Shown: one piece after another, positions 10,176 to 19,367 of the stretch
Position numbering within the stretch: position 1 is the stretch's first letter
Layout: every line of letters begins with the position of its first letter
Origin: an uncultured Alphaproteobacteria bacterium
GTDB lineage: Bacteria; Pseudomonadota; Alphaproteobacteria; HIMB59; GCA-002718135
Assembly (NCBI GenBank): GCA_902574475.1
Contig: CACGNZ010000005.1
Coordinates: 2,466 to 66,465 of the forward strand
Length of the DNA stretch: 64,000 bases
Direction: 5' to 3'
Notes under the pieces: model-generated
Seen by the model: only the letters and a program-made list of their open reading frames with translations
Databases searched by the model: none
What the model was told of the DNA's origin: nothing
Translations under genes and position numbers: made by a program

Positions 10176-11063
10176 ATGAAATTTATAAATTCTTCTTCTT
10201 TTTTTGGTGGGGCAATAATACTACCAGGTGTAATAATTTTATTGTTATTTTATTTATATCCATTAGCTTATTCTCTTTTTATAAGTTTACATGATTTTAG
10301 GTTAATAAGACCAGATTTAACTCAATTTGTTGGTTTTAGAAATTATTTTGAAATTTTTTATGATGACGAGTTCCTTAACGCTTTCATTAATACTCTTATT
10401 TATGTTGGAATATCTTTACCTTTTGAATTAGTAATTGGCCTTTTTTTGGCTTTAGCTTTGGATAAAATTACAAGAGGAAAAAATATAATTAGAGCTTTTT
10501 TAATCGTTCCACAATTTTTGGCTCCTCTTGCCATGGGTTTCATATGGAAATTTATGTACAATGATGATTTAGGAATAATAAATTTTTTTCTTCGTTTTGT
10601 AGGAATGGAAAGGCCACCATTGTGGATAGCTGATCCGGCAATATCCTTGTACAGCTGTATAATTGTTGAGATTTGGGCTTGTGTTCCTATTTTTATGCTT
10701 TTGCTTTCTGCAGGGTTAACAACTTTATCAACTGAAATTATTGATGCTGCAAAAATTGATGGTGCGAATGCTTATCATCGTCTTCGCTATATAATACTTC
10801 CTCATTTAAAACCTATTATTCTTGTTACATTATTAATAAGAGGAATGGATTCATTTAGAATATTTGATTTAATTTATGGACTCACGCAAGGTGGCCCAGC
10901 CATGAGTAGTGATGTTTTATCATTGTACATGTATAGGTCAGGAATGTTGGATCGACAATTTGGTTATTCAGCAAGCGCAGGATGGATTATGGTATTTATG
11001 ATGTTAATTGCATCTTATATTCTTATTAAACTTATGTACAGAGATGGGATCAACAAACAATGA
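10176..11063 (+). CDS. Sugar ABC transporter permease 1
   Basis: FVGFRNY, EAA-like DAAKIDGA, IILPHLKP. Confidence 0.92.
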   Translation: MKFINSSSFFGGAIILPGVIILLLFYLYPLAYSLFISLHDFRLIRPDLTQFVGFRNYFEIFYDDEFLNAFINTLIYVGISLPFELVIGLFLALALDKITRGKNIIRAFLIVPQFLAPLAMGFIWKFMYNDDLGIINFFLRFVGMERPPLWIADPAISLYSCIIVEIWACVPIFMLLLSAGLTTLSTEIIDAAKIDGANAYHRLRYIILPHLKPIILVTLLIRGMDSFRIFDLIYGLTQGGPAMSSDVLSLYMYRSGMLDRQFGYSASAGWIMVFMMLIASYILIKLMYRDGINKQ

Positions 11064-11881
11064 ATAAGAGTGAAAAAAGATTAACAACAATAAGTTGGTT
11101 CTTTATTAGTTTATCTCTGTTTATATGGTTATTTCCAATTATCTGGTTTGCATTGGCTTCTTTTAAAAATCCAAAAAATTTATATGATATTTTTTCATTT
11201 GAATTTAGTTTGTATAACTACAGAGAGGTTTTTAATACATATCCAATTGCAACCTATATGAAAAATAGCTTAATTTTAGCAATATCAGCAACGTTATTTG
11301 CTGTTACAATAGGTACTTTAATTGCTTACGGCTTAAGTCATACTCGTTTTCGATTTAAGACACAAACAACTGTTTTTATCTTTTTATTAAGACTGATTCC
11401 AGGAATGGCTGTAATGGTTCCTCTATTTATAATTTTTTCATCGTTAGGATTAACAAATACCTATCATGGATTAATTTTTGCTCATACAACTATGTCAATT
11501 CCTTTGGTTGTTATAATAATGCTTGGATATTTATCAGATTTTCCAAAAGAACTTTTAGATGCAGCTTATATTGATGGATGTAATAAATTTAATGTAATTT
11601 ATTTAATAGTTTTTCCACTTATTAAACCTGGGTTAGCAGTTGTAGCAATTTTTACATTTATTGGTAGTTGGAATAATTTTGATATTGCATTGATTCTTGG
11701 TTATATGCCTGAATATAAGACTCTACCACTTGGTCTTGCTGGTATGGGAAATAGGTATGGAATATTATGGCATCATGTTGCAGCTGCAGGGGCAGTATAC
11801 ATAATTCCAACAGTAATTATGGCAATAACACTCTCCAAATATGTAATTAGTGGATTAACTGTTGGAGCAATTAAAGGGTAA
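11060..11881 (+). CDS. Sugar ABC transporter permease 2
   Basis: DAAYIDGC, FIGSWNNF, C-terminal GLTVGAIKG. Confidence 0.92.
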   Translation: MNKSEKRLTTISWFFISLSLFIWLFPIIWFALASFKNPKNLYDIFSFEFSLYNYREVFNTYPIATYMKNSLILAISATLFAVTIGTLIAYGLSHTRFRFKTQTTVFIFLLRLIPGMAVMVPLFIIFSSLGLTNTYHGLIFAHTTMSIPLVVIIMLGYLSDFPKELLDAAYIDGCNKFNVIYLIVFPLIKPGLAVVAIFTFIGSWNNFDIALILGYMPEYKTLPLGLAGMGNRYGILWHHVAAAGAVYIIPTVIMAITLSKYVISGLTVGAIKG

Positions 11882-11908
11882 AAAAAATAACATCTATATT
11901 ATATTTCT

Positions 11909-12868
11909 ATGAATTCTAATTCGAAAGTAAAATACTTTAATTTAAATGAATTTGAGCTTTCAGATGGAGATAAAAAAAAAGAATTAATAATAAATTTAGA
12001 TAATGTCTGTAAAGATACTGGTTTTTTATTAATCACTGGTCATAACATAGATAGAAAAATAATTGATAATATTTGGTCAGTGGTTGATTTTTTTTTTGAA
12101 CAATCGATTGAATTTAAGCAAAAAATTAGCCCTCCATATAAGGGGTATCCATACGGCTATCTTGCTAAAGGTTTAGAGGCTTTAGCTTATTCTAAGGGAG
12201 AAAAAACACCTCCTGATTTAAAGGAAAGTTTTAATGCTGGACCATTATTAATTCCTGATTCTATATCTGATAAAGAAGCACTTGAATTTTGCTATGCTCC
12301 TTCATTATGGCCAGAAATATTAAATTTTCAAAAATATTGGAGTGCATACTATAATTCGATGCAAACATTATCTGCACGCGTAATGAGATCTTTCGCATTG
12401 GCATTGAATCTTGATGAAACTTATTTTGACCAATACATAGACAAAAATATTTCAGCTTTAAGAGCACTTAATTATCCTCCAATTCAAAAAATTTTACCAA
12501 AACAACAGATGGCAGGTGCCCATACTGATTATGGTAGTCTTACAATATTACTACCAAAGGATAATACCAGTGGACTTCAAATTAAAAATCTTGCAGGAGA
12601 ATGGATAGATGTACCTTGTGATCCTAATATTTTTGTTTGCAATATTGGAGACCTGATGGCCCAATGGACAAATAACAGATGGGTTTCTACTTTACATAGA
12701 GTGGTACCAAATAAAAAAAATAATAATAGAAGGTCACTTGCTTTTTTTCATCAACCTAATTGGGATGCGGAAATAAAATGTTTAGAAAGTTGTAGAGGAA
12801 ATAAAGAAAATTATAAACCAGTTCAATCAGGGCCATATTTAATGTCAAAATTTAAGTCTACTTTATAA
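11909..12868 (+). CDS. 2-oxoglutarate/Fe(II) oxygenase, isopenicillin N synthase/DIOX family
   Basis: DLKESF, HTDYG, STLHRV, RRS (HxD...H...RxS). Confidence 0.92.
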   Translation: MNSNSKVKYFNLNEFELSDGDKKKELIINLDNVCKDTGFLLITGHNIDRKIIDNIWSVVDFFFEQSIEFKQKISPPYKGYPYGYLAKGLEALAYSKGEKTPPDLKESFNAGPLLIPDSISDKEALEFCYAPSLWPEILNFQKYWSAYYNSMQTLSARVMRSFALALNLDETYFDQYIDKNISALRALNYPPIQKILPKQQMAGAHTDYGSLTILLPKDNTSGLQIKNLAGEWIDVPCDPNIFVCNIGDLMAQWTNNRWVSTLHRVVPNKKNNNRRSLAFFHQPNWDAEIKCLESCRGNKENYKPVQSGPYLMSKFKSTL

Positions 12869-12885
12869 AAAATAAATTATAAAAT

Positions 12886-14208
12886 TTATCTAGCAAGTGC
12901 CCCCATAGGATCCCAAGGCGCTAGCGCAACTGGTTCCATATCTAAATATTTTAAAAGTCTCTTGTTAAGATATTTTTTATCAATGACAACTTCATAGGTA
13001 TATTCATCGAACCATTCATCAGTCATCATCATATATCCTTGATTCCCACTTTTTGTCCCCCAGCTATTTTCAATTTTCCATTTAGTTGAATTTCTTTTTT
13101 TAATATCGACACCCGTTAAAAGCATCGCGTGAGTCATTTCACTATCACCATACTCTAAACGAGTTTGTTTATTCATCTTAAATGAAGTTTGGAAGACATT
13201 TTCATAATCGTAAATACCCATATCAAGTACACCCATATCACGACTAAAACGTTTCCCAACATCACAACCAAACCATACTGCTTCATTGTTTTTTATTGAG
13301 TCCATCGCAGATTTTTTTAATTCTTTAATATCTACATTAAGATATTTAATGATTTGTCCCTCAACAACATTACCGAGATATTCAACGGTATAAATTGTAT
13401 TAAATTTTTTATTACTCATGGGAGCATGAATTAAGCAAACTTTATCTTTAATATTAATATCAGCATATTTTTTGCAAAAATCAATTGGTGTCATATCTGA
13501 AATGACAATGTGTCTATTATCTTTATTTCTAGTAGACCAATTGATAACATCTGGTGGCTGACCAAGAAACATTGCTAGTAAATTATAAATTGTTTCCATC
13601 ATATCTTTTTTTAGAGCTGCAGAATTTTTTGCTGGTTTCTTTCTTAGTATAGACGCAAACTCTCTTAATTTATGAGTCAAAATATAATTCATGGCGCCAG
13701 ATTTACTACTATGGTTTGTTTCAGGCATTACGTCTTTAGGTACTGCACCATACTTATTAATTAAGTTTACAAACATATCCCATTGTCCACCATCTTGGAC
13801 AGGTGCTTTTAAGAGATGTGTTATTAATCTGCTCTCATATGATTCATCTCTTGATTTGATAATATTCTCTAAAAAATAATTTGCTTTCTCTAACTTATCC
13901 CAAAACATGAAATAATTTTGTGAAAATTCAAATGTATTCAGTTCAAGGCTATCAACAACTTTTAAACGCATAAGATTCAATCCTGCAAATCCCCAACATC
14001 TACCTGATGCCATCTGATTTGTTGCAGGTAGTTCTTTTTTTATTAGATTAGAAAAATTATGATTGATTTGACTAAAGTTTTCCCAATTGAGTGCAACATT
14101 GGCTAAATCATTTTTAATTAATGCATTTCTTGATGCTGTATTTTTATTATTTCTAAGAAATTTATTTTTGAAAGTTTTAATTGTTGATAGAGATATATTT
14201 TTTGCCAT
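12886..14208 (-). CDS. pepC: Aminopeptidase C / bleomycin hydrolase (peptidase C1B)
   Basis: QMASGRCW, DGGQWDM, MTHAM, KIENSWG, C-terminal PWDPMGALA. Confidence 0.93.
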   Translation of the reverse strand: MAKNISLSTIKTFKNKFLRNNKNTASRNALIKNDLANVALNWENFSQINHNFSNLIKKELPATNQMASGRCWGFAGLNLMRLKVVDSLELNTFEFSQNYFMFWDKLEKANYFLENIIKSRDESYESRLITHLLKAPVQDGGQWDMFVNLINKYGAVPKDVMPETNHSSKSGAMNYILTHKLREFASILRKKPAKNSAALKKDMMETIYNLLAMFLGQPPDVINWSTRNKDNRHIVISDMTPIDFCKKYADINIKDKVCLIHAPMSNKKFNTIYTVEYLGNVVEGQIIKYLNVDIKELKKSAMDSIKNNEAVWFGCDVGKRFSRDMGVLDMGIYDYENVFQTSFKMNKQTRLEYGDSEMTHAMLLTGVDIKKRNSTKWKIENSWGTKSGNQGYMMMTDEWFDEYTYEVVIDKKYLNKRLLKYLDMEPVALAPWDPMGALAR

Positions 14209-14238
14209 GTTCTCTATTTAAAACTATTTCAGCTTAAT

Positions 14239-16765
14239 TCAATTCTTAACTGTTTTTTTCTTTTTTTTGAGACCCATTTTAGCTTTTCTTTCATCAATTA
14301 ACCTAATGGCATCTTCTAGTTTTAAGCTATCTATTGATTGATCACCAAGAATTGAAGCATTTATTTTTCCACATTTTACATATGGTCCAAATTTTCCATC
14401 ATGAGCAGTAATGTTTTTCTTTTCTGTTGGATGCTCACCAAATGTTTTTAGCGTAGCATTACCTCTCTGTGTAGGTTTAGCAATTAATTCAATGGCTCTT
14501 TCAAGTTCAATATCAAGAATATTATCTGTTTTTTCTAGAGCTTTATATTTTTTATCATGCAGAATATATGGTCCATACATTCCTATACCTGCGCTAACCG
14601 TTTTATTTGTTTCTGGATGAAAACCTAATTTACGTGGTAAGCCAAGTAGTTGAATAGCTGTGTTTAATCCTATTTCATCTGGTTCAAAATTTTTAGGAAT
14701 AGAAACTCTTTTTGGTTTCTTTTCTTTTGTCCCTTCACCAACTTGCATATAAAATCCATAAGGACCTTTTCGAAGAGTAATCATTTCACCTGTTTCTGGA
14801 TAAATACCAATTTCTTTTGGTCCGCTAAGAGCAGCGCCATCTTTATCGTTTAATTGATTAAACTGAACCGTATATTTACAATCAGGATAATTAGAGCAGC
14901 CAATAAATCCTCCAAACTTTCCAACTTTAATTCCTAGTCTTCCATTATCACAGGTTGGACATTTCCTTTTTTCATCTGCTCCGTTTGGTGGAAAGAAATG
15001 CGGACCTAGCGCTTCATCTAACACATCAATCACTTCTCTATTTGATTTGCCTACTGTTTCATCACAAAGTTGTTTAAATGTTTCCCAAAATTTTCTTAGA
15101 ACCTCTTTCCAATCAAGCTTACCATCAGAAATTTCATCAAGTTGATTTTCAAGATCAGCGGTAAAATCATATTCTACATATTGATTGAAATATTTCTCTA
15201 AAAATATCGATACTATTCGTCCTCTATCATGAGGATTAAAACGTTTTTTATCTAAAATTACATAATCTCTATCTTGTAGAACTTTAATAATAGAAGCATA
15301 AGTAGATGGTCTGCCAATGCCAAGTTCTTCAAGTTTTTTAACTAAGCTTGCTTCGGTGTAACGAGGAGGAGGGGAGGTAAAATGTTGTGTCTTTTCAACT
15401 TCTTTTAAATTTAAACTCTCTCCTTCACTCATTGCAGGAAGAATTGTTTCTTTTTCTTCATCTTTATCATCATCTTTAGCTTCTTGATAAACTTTGTACA
15501 TTCCAGGAAACTTGATTGTTGATCCATTTGCTCTTAAAACAATTTTTTTATCTTCGTTTGTAATATCAACAGCTACCTGATCTAATACAGCACTCGCCAT
15601 TTGTGAACTTACCGCTCTTTGCCATATAATTTCATATAATTTATATTCTTCTAAAGTAATGTATTGCTTAATATCTTTTGGTGTTAGGTAAATATTTGTT
15701 GGTCTAATACATTCATGTGCTTCTTGGGCATTTTTAGCTTTTGATTTATAAACTCTTGGCGCTTCAGGTAAATAGTTTGCACCATAATTTTCAGTTACAA
15801 AACCTCGAACTTGGTTAATAGCTTCTTTTGACATGATGACACTGTCTGTTCGCATATAAGTTATTAAGCCAGTTGTTTCTCCTTTAATGTCTGTTCCTTC
15901 ATAAAGGCGTTGAGCTGTGCGCATTGTTTGGCTCGCACTAAGACCAAGTTTACGACTAGACTCAATTTGCATCGTAGATGTAGTAAAGGCAGGGTAGGGA
16001 TTTCTTCTAGCTTCTTTTTTTGTTATATTTCCAACAGTGAAAGTAGAATTTTTAATATCATTAAAAATTTTTGTCGCCTCACTCTCATTTTTAATATCAA
16101 GTTTATCTACTTTATTCCCATCATAAACTGTAAGTCTTGAATTAATGATTTTATCTTCTTTATTTCTAAACTCGCCTTGTAAAGACCAATATTCCTGTGG
16201 AATAAATTTTTCTATTTCAAGTTCTCTCTCACTAATTATTCTTAAGGCAACAGATTGAACTCTACCCGCTGATTTTGAACCTGGTAACTTTCTCCATAGT
16301 ACTGGAGAAAGTGTAAAACCGACAAGAAAATCTAACGCTCTTCTTGCAAGGTAAGCATTTACTAAATTTTCATCTATTTCTCTTGGCTCTTTAAGACTAT
16401 CAAGAACTGCATTTTTTGTAATTTCATTAAATGTAACTCGGTGAATATTTAATTTTGAAAGTGATGAATTATCTCTAAGTAATTTTTCTACATGCCAAGC
16501 TATGGCTTCACCTTCACGGTCGGGATCAGTGGCTAGATATAAATTTTCAGATTTTTTTGCTGCATCTGTAATTTCTTTTATAACTTTTTTTTCCACGATC
16601 ACTAGTTTCCCATTTCATTTGGAAATCATTTTCAGTATCTATCGCATCATTTTTTGCTGATAAATCTCGGACATGTCCAACACTTGCGAGAACTTTAAAG
16701 TCAGAGCCTAAATATTTATTAATAGACTTTGCCTTCGATGGTGATTCAACAATTAATACATTCAT
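14239..16765 (-). CDS. topA: DNA topoisomerase I, interrupted by a one-base frameshift in an A8 run (16585-16592)
   Basis: IVESPSKAK and GHVRDL in one frame; [16 protein letters not shown] and ITYMRTD in the next; removing one A gives a continuous ORF. Confidence 0.93.
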
Positions 16766-16777
16766 AAATTTTGGCCC

Positions 16778-16806
16778 CAAATTTCAGTTTAAAGATAATT
16801 CGTCAA
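16778..16806 (-). promoter_or_regulatory. Putative sigma70 promoter of topA
   Basis: TTGACG-N17-AATTTG followed by GGGCC, 12 nt before the ATG. Confidence 0.5.
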
Positions 16807-16830
16807 GAAATTTTAAAAAAAAGTATATTT

Positions 16831-17436
16831 TTACTTGGATAATTTAATTTTACTTTCAGTTTTTTTTATGAGTCTTTTAATGTTTTCTGTGTGTTTAAGA
16901 TAAATAATTAAAGTTAAATAAATAAAGAAAATTAGAATATAAAAATTAAAATTAATAAAAATATAATAAGCTGGAGCTATTAAAATTCCAATTAAAGATC
17001 CAAGAGAAGAGTATTTACTTACAAAAGCAGTAACAAGCCATACCAATAAAAATAAAATTGCAATGTAAGGATTAAAACCAAATAAGAAGCCAATATACGT
17101 AGCCACTCCCTTTCCACCCTTGAATTTTAACCAAACTGGATAGATATGACCTAAAATCGCAAAGTGACAGAGAAGTATTTTATTCAATAAAGAGATATCT
17201 TGAAAATACATTTGTAAAATGAGGAATGGAAGAAAGCCTTTAAAAATATCAAAACAAAGAACAATGAATGCTACAAATTTATTTCCTGTTCTTAAAACAT
17301 TTGTTGCGCCTACATTTCCAGAACCAACCTTTCTAATATCTCCCAAGCCAAATAATTTTGTAAAAATCAATGCAAAGGGTAATGATCCTATTACATAAAA
17401 AAATATGATTAATGATAAACTACTTACTAAAGTCAT
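16831..17436 (-). CDS. plsY: Glycerol-3-phosphate acyltransferase PlsY
   Basis: GSGNVGATNVLR, GHIYP, FKGGKGVAT, HTENIKRL. Confidence 0.96.
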   Translation of the reverse strand: MTLVSSLSLIIFFYVIGSLPFALIFTKLFGLGDIRKVGSGNVGATNVLRTGNKFVAFIVLCFDIFKGFLPFLILQMYFQDISLLNKILLCHFAILGHIYPVWLKFKGGKGVATYIGFLFGFNPYIAILFLLVWLVTAFVSKYSSLGSLIGILIAPAYYIFINFNFYILIFFIYLTLIIYLKHTENIKRLIKKTESKIKLSK

Positions 17437-18565
17437 CTCTGTTTTTAATAATTAAGTCTAAGCATGCCATTCTTACTGCAACGCCCATAGCGACCTGTTC
17501 TTGTATTAAGCTCCTCGTGACGTCATCGGCAAGTTTTGAGTCTATTTCTACACCACGGTTCATTGGACCTGGATGCATAACGAAAGCATTTTTTTTAGCA
17601 TATTTAAGTTTATTGTAATCTAATCCATACTTTTTAAAATAAGTCTTTTGATTAGGCATAATTTTTCCAACTATTCTCTCTTTTTGAATACGTAGCATCA
17701 TAACAATATCACAATTTTGTAATCCCTTTTTCATTTCAGTATAAACATTCACAGGAAGTTTTTTTAAACTTTTTGGTAACCATTCCTTTGGACCAATAAC
17801 ATTTATTTTTGCACCTAACTTTGAGAGAATGATTATGTTTGATCGTGCAACGCGGCTATGTAAAATATCGCCGCATATAGCTATTTTTAATTTTGAAAAA
17901 TTTTCAAATTTATTTTTTATAGTAAGTGCATCTAATAACGCTTGTGTAGGGTGTTCATGACTTCCATCACCAGCGTTAATTACAGAGGCATCAACTGATT
18001 CAGAAATTTTTTTACTAATTCCTTCCTCCGGATGTCTCACAATTAAGACGTCTGGATTCATTGAATTAATAGTAGTCATAGTATCGAGTAAGGTTTCACC
18101 TTTATTTATAGAACTATCTTTTACCACTACATTAATGAGATCTGCTCCTAACCTTTTAGCAGCAACTTCAAAACTTGTTCTTGTTCTTGTTGAATCTTCA
18201 AAGAAAAGATTAAATATTGTTCTCCCCTCTAGAACATTTATTTTTTTAATTTTCCTTTTATTAAAAGATATATATTTTTTAGATTCATCTAAGATGTGCT
18301 TAATTTCTTTCTTGGTTAAGTCAGCTGTTTCTACTAAATGAGTTTTTTTAAAAATATTTTTTGTTCGTTTTAATTTTATATTTGTTTTTGAAGAAATTGA
18401 TGAATAATATTTTAAAGCTATATTTTCTGCATCTTTAAGAATTTTTGAACCTGTAGATGATCTGATCGCTTTTAATTTAGGCAATTTGACTTTCATTTGC
18501 CAATATTTCGAATTTTCTCTTTTATATAATTTTATATGTCCTGATTTTAGTAGTTTTGAATTCAT
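17420..18565 (-). CDS. pyrB: Aspartate carbamoyltransferase catalytic subunit with an ~70-aa N-terminal integrase-arm-like extension
   Basis: FFEDSTRTRTSFE, HPTQALLD, HPGPMNRG; the ATCase core begins near FKKTHL. Confidence 0.95.
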   Translation of the reverse strand: MNSKLLKSGHIKLYKRENSKYWQMKVKLPKLKAIRSSTGSKILKDAENIALKYYSSISSKTNIKLKRTKNIFKKTHLVETADLTKKEIKHILDESKKYISFNKRKIKKINVLEGRTIFNLFFEDSTRTRTSFEVAAKRLGADLINVVVKDSSINKGETLLDTMTTINSMNPDVLIVRHPEEGISKKISESVDASVINAGDGSHEHPTQALLDALTIKNKFENFSKLKIAICGDILHSRVARSNIIILSKLGAKINVIGPKEWLPKSLKKLPVNVYTEMKKGLQNCDIVMMLRIQKERIVGKIMPNQKTYFKKYGLDYNKLKYAKKNAFVMHPGPMNRGVEIDSKLADDVTRSLIQEQVAMGVAVRMACLDLIIKNRDDFSK

Positions 18566-18595
18566 ATGTGTCAATAATGTGTAAGTATGTGTAAA
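18566..18595. repeat. Three phased direct repeats ATGTGT(C/A)A abutting the pyrB start codon
   Basis: ATGTGTCAA at 18566, ATGTGTAAG at 18577 and ATGTGTAAA at 18587 (periods of 11 and 10 bp). Confidence 0.85.
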
Positions 18596-18603
18596 CTAAT
18601 TTA

Positions 18604-19062
18604 TTAATTATTTCTATATCTATCTAAATATCCTTGTAAGATATAAGCAGCCGATTGCTGATCAAGTTTACCTTTTATCTTTGTTTTACTTAAATCAGCT
18701 TTTCTCATTTCTTTAAAAATTACATCAGATGAAAATCTTTCATCCCAAAGAGCCGTAGGTTTTTTAAAAAAGGTTTGGAGATTATTATTAAAATCTCGTA
18801 CTAATTGACTTTGTTTATTTTCACTATTATCCATGCTAATTGGCAGACCAAGAATAAATCCACCAATTTCATACTCTTTCAAAATATCTTTCAAGATGAT
18901 CAAATCTTTATTAGTGCCTTTTCTTTGAATAATTGAAAGCGGTGTAGCGATTATTTTCGATCTATCACTTACTGCAACTCCAATCGTTTTAGTGCCTAGG
19001 TCTAGACCTACAAGTATTTGTGATGTATTAAGACCATCGATTAAATTATTTTGATCATTCAT
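18604..19062 (-). CDS. ruvX: Holliday junction resolvase-like / pre-16S rRNA nuclease RuvX (YqgF)
   Basis: GLDLGTKTIGVAVSD, GLP, WDERFSS, D..SAAYILQ; ATG at 19062. Confidence 0.92.
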   Translation of the reverse strand: MNDQNNLIDGLNTSQILVGLDLGTKTIGVAVSDRSKIIATPLSIIQRKGTNKDLIILKDILKEYEIGGFILGLPISMDNSENKQSQLVRDFNNNLQTFFKKPTALWDERFSSDVIFKEMRKADLSKTKIKGKLDQQSAAYILQGYLDRYRNN

Positions 19063-19079
19063 ATAATGGAGCTCATAAA

Positions 19080-19367
19080 TTGAAGATTGATAAAAATACA
19101 ATAAATAAAATTGCTCGTCTATCTAGAATAAAGTTAGATGATAAAGAATCTGAAGATTATATTAAGGATCTTAATTCCATTTTAGACTGGGTTGAGCAAT
19201 TAAATGAAGTAAATACTGAGAATGTAGAACCGTTAAGTAATATATCATCATCGATATTACCTAAAAGAGAAGATGTATCTAAAGATACGAATTCAAGTGA
19301 GGAAATTCTTGAAAATGCCCCTGATAAACTTGAAGGATTTTTTGCTGTACCAAAGGTGGTAGAATAA
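19080..19367 (+). CDS. gatC: Asp/Glu-tRNA amidotransferase subunit C
   Basis: IARLSRI, ILENAP, FFAVPKVVE; TTG start with upstream GGAG. Confidence 0.95.
   Translation: MKIDKNTINKIARLSRIKLDDKESEDYIKDLNSILDWVEQLNEVNTENVEPLSNISSSILPKREDVSKDTNSSEEILENAPDKLEGFFAVPKVVE

Noticed and set aside
18566-18595. CRISPR array or simple microsatellite
   Set aside because: The units are 9 bp with 1-2 bp spacers, far too short for CRISPR, and there are no cas genes.
17420-18603. Intact prophage or integrase at pyrB
   Set aside because: Only the arm-like domain is present; there is no catalytic R-H-R-Y recombinase domain or other phage gene, and the flanks are core genes.
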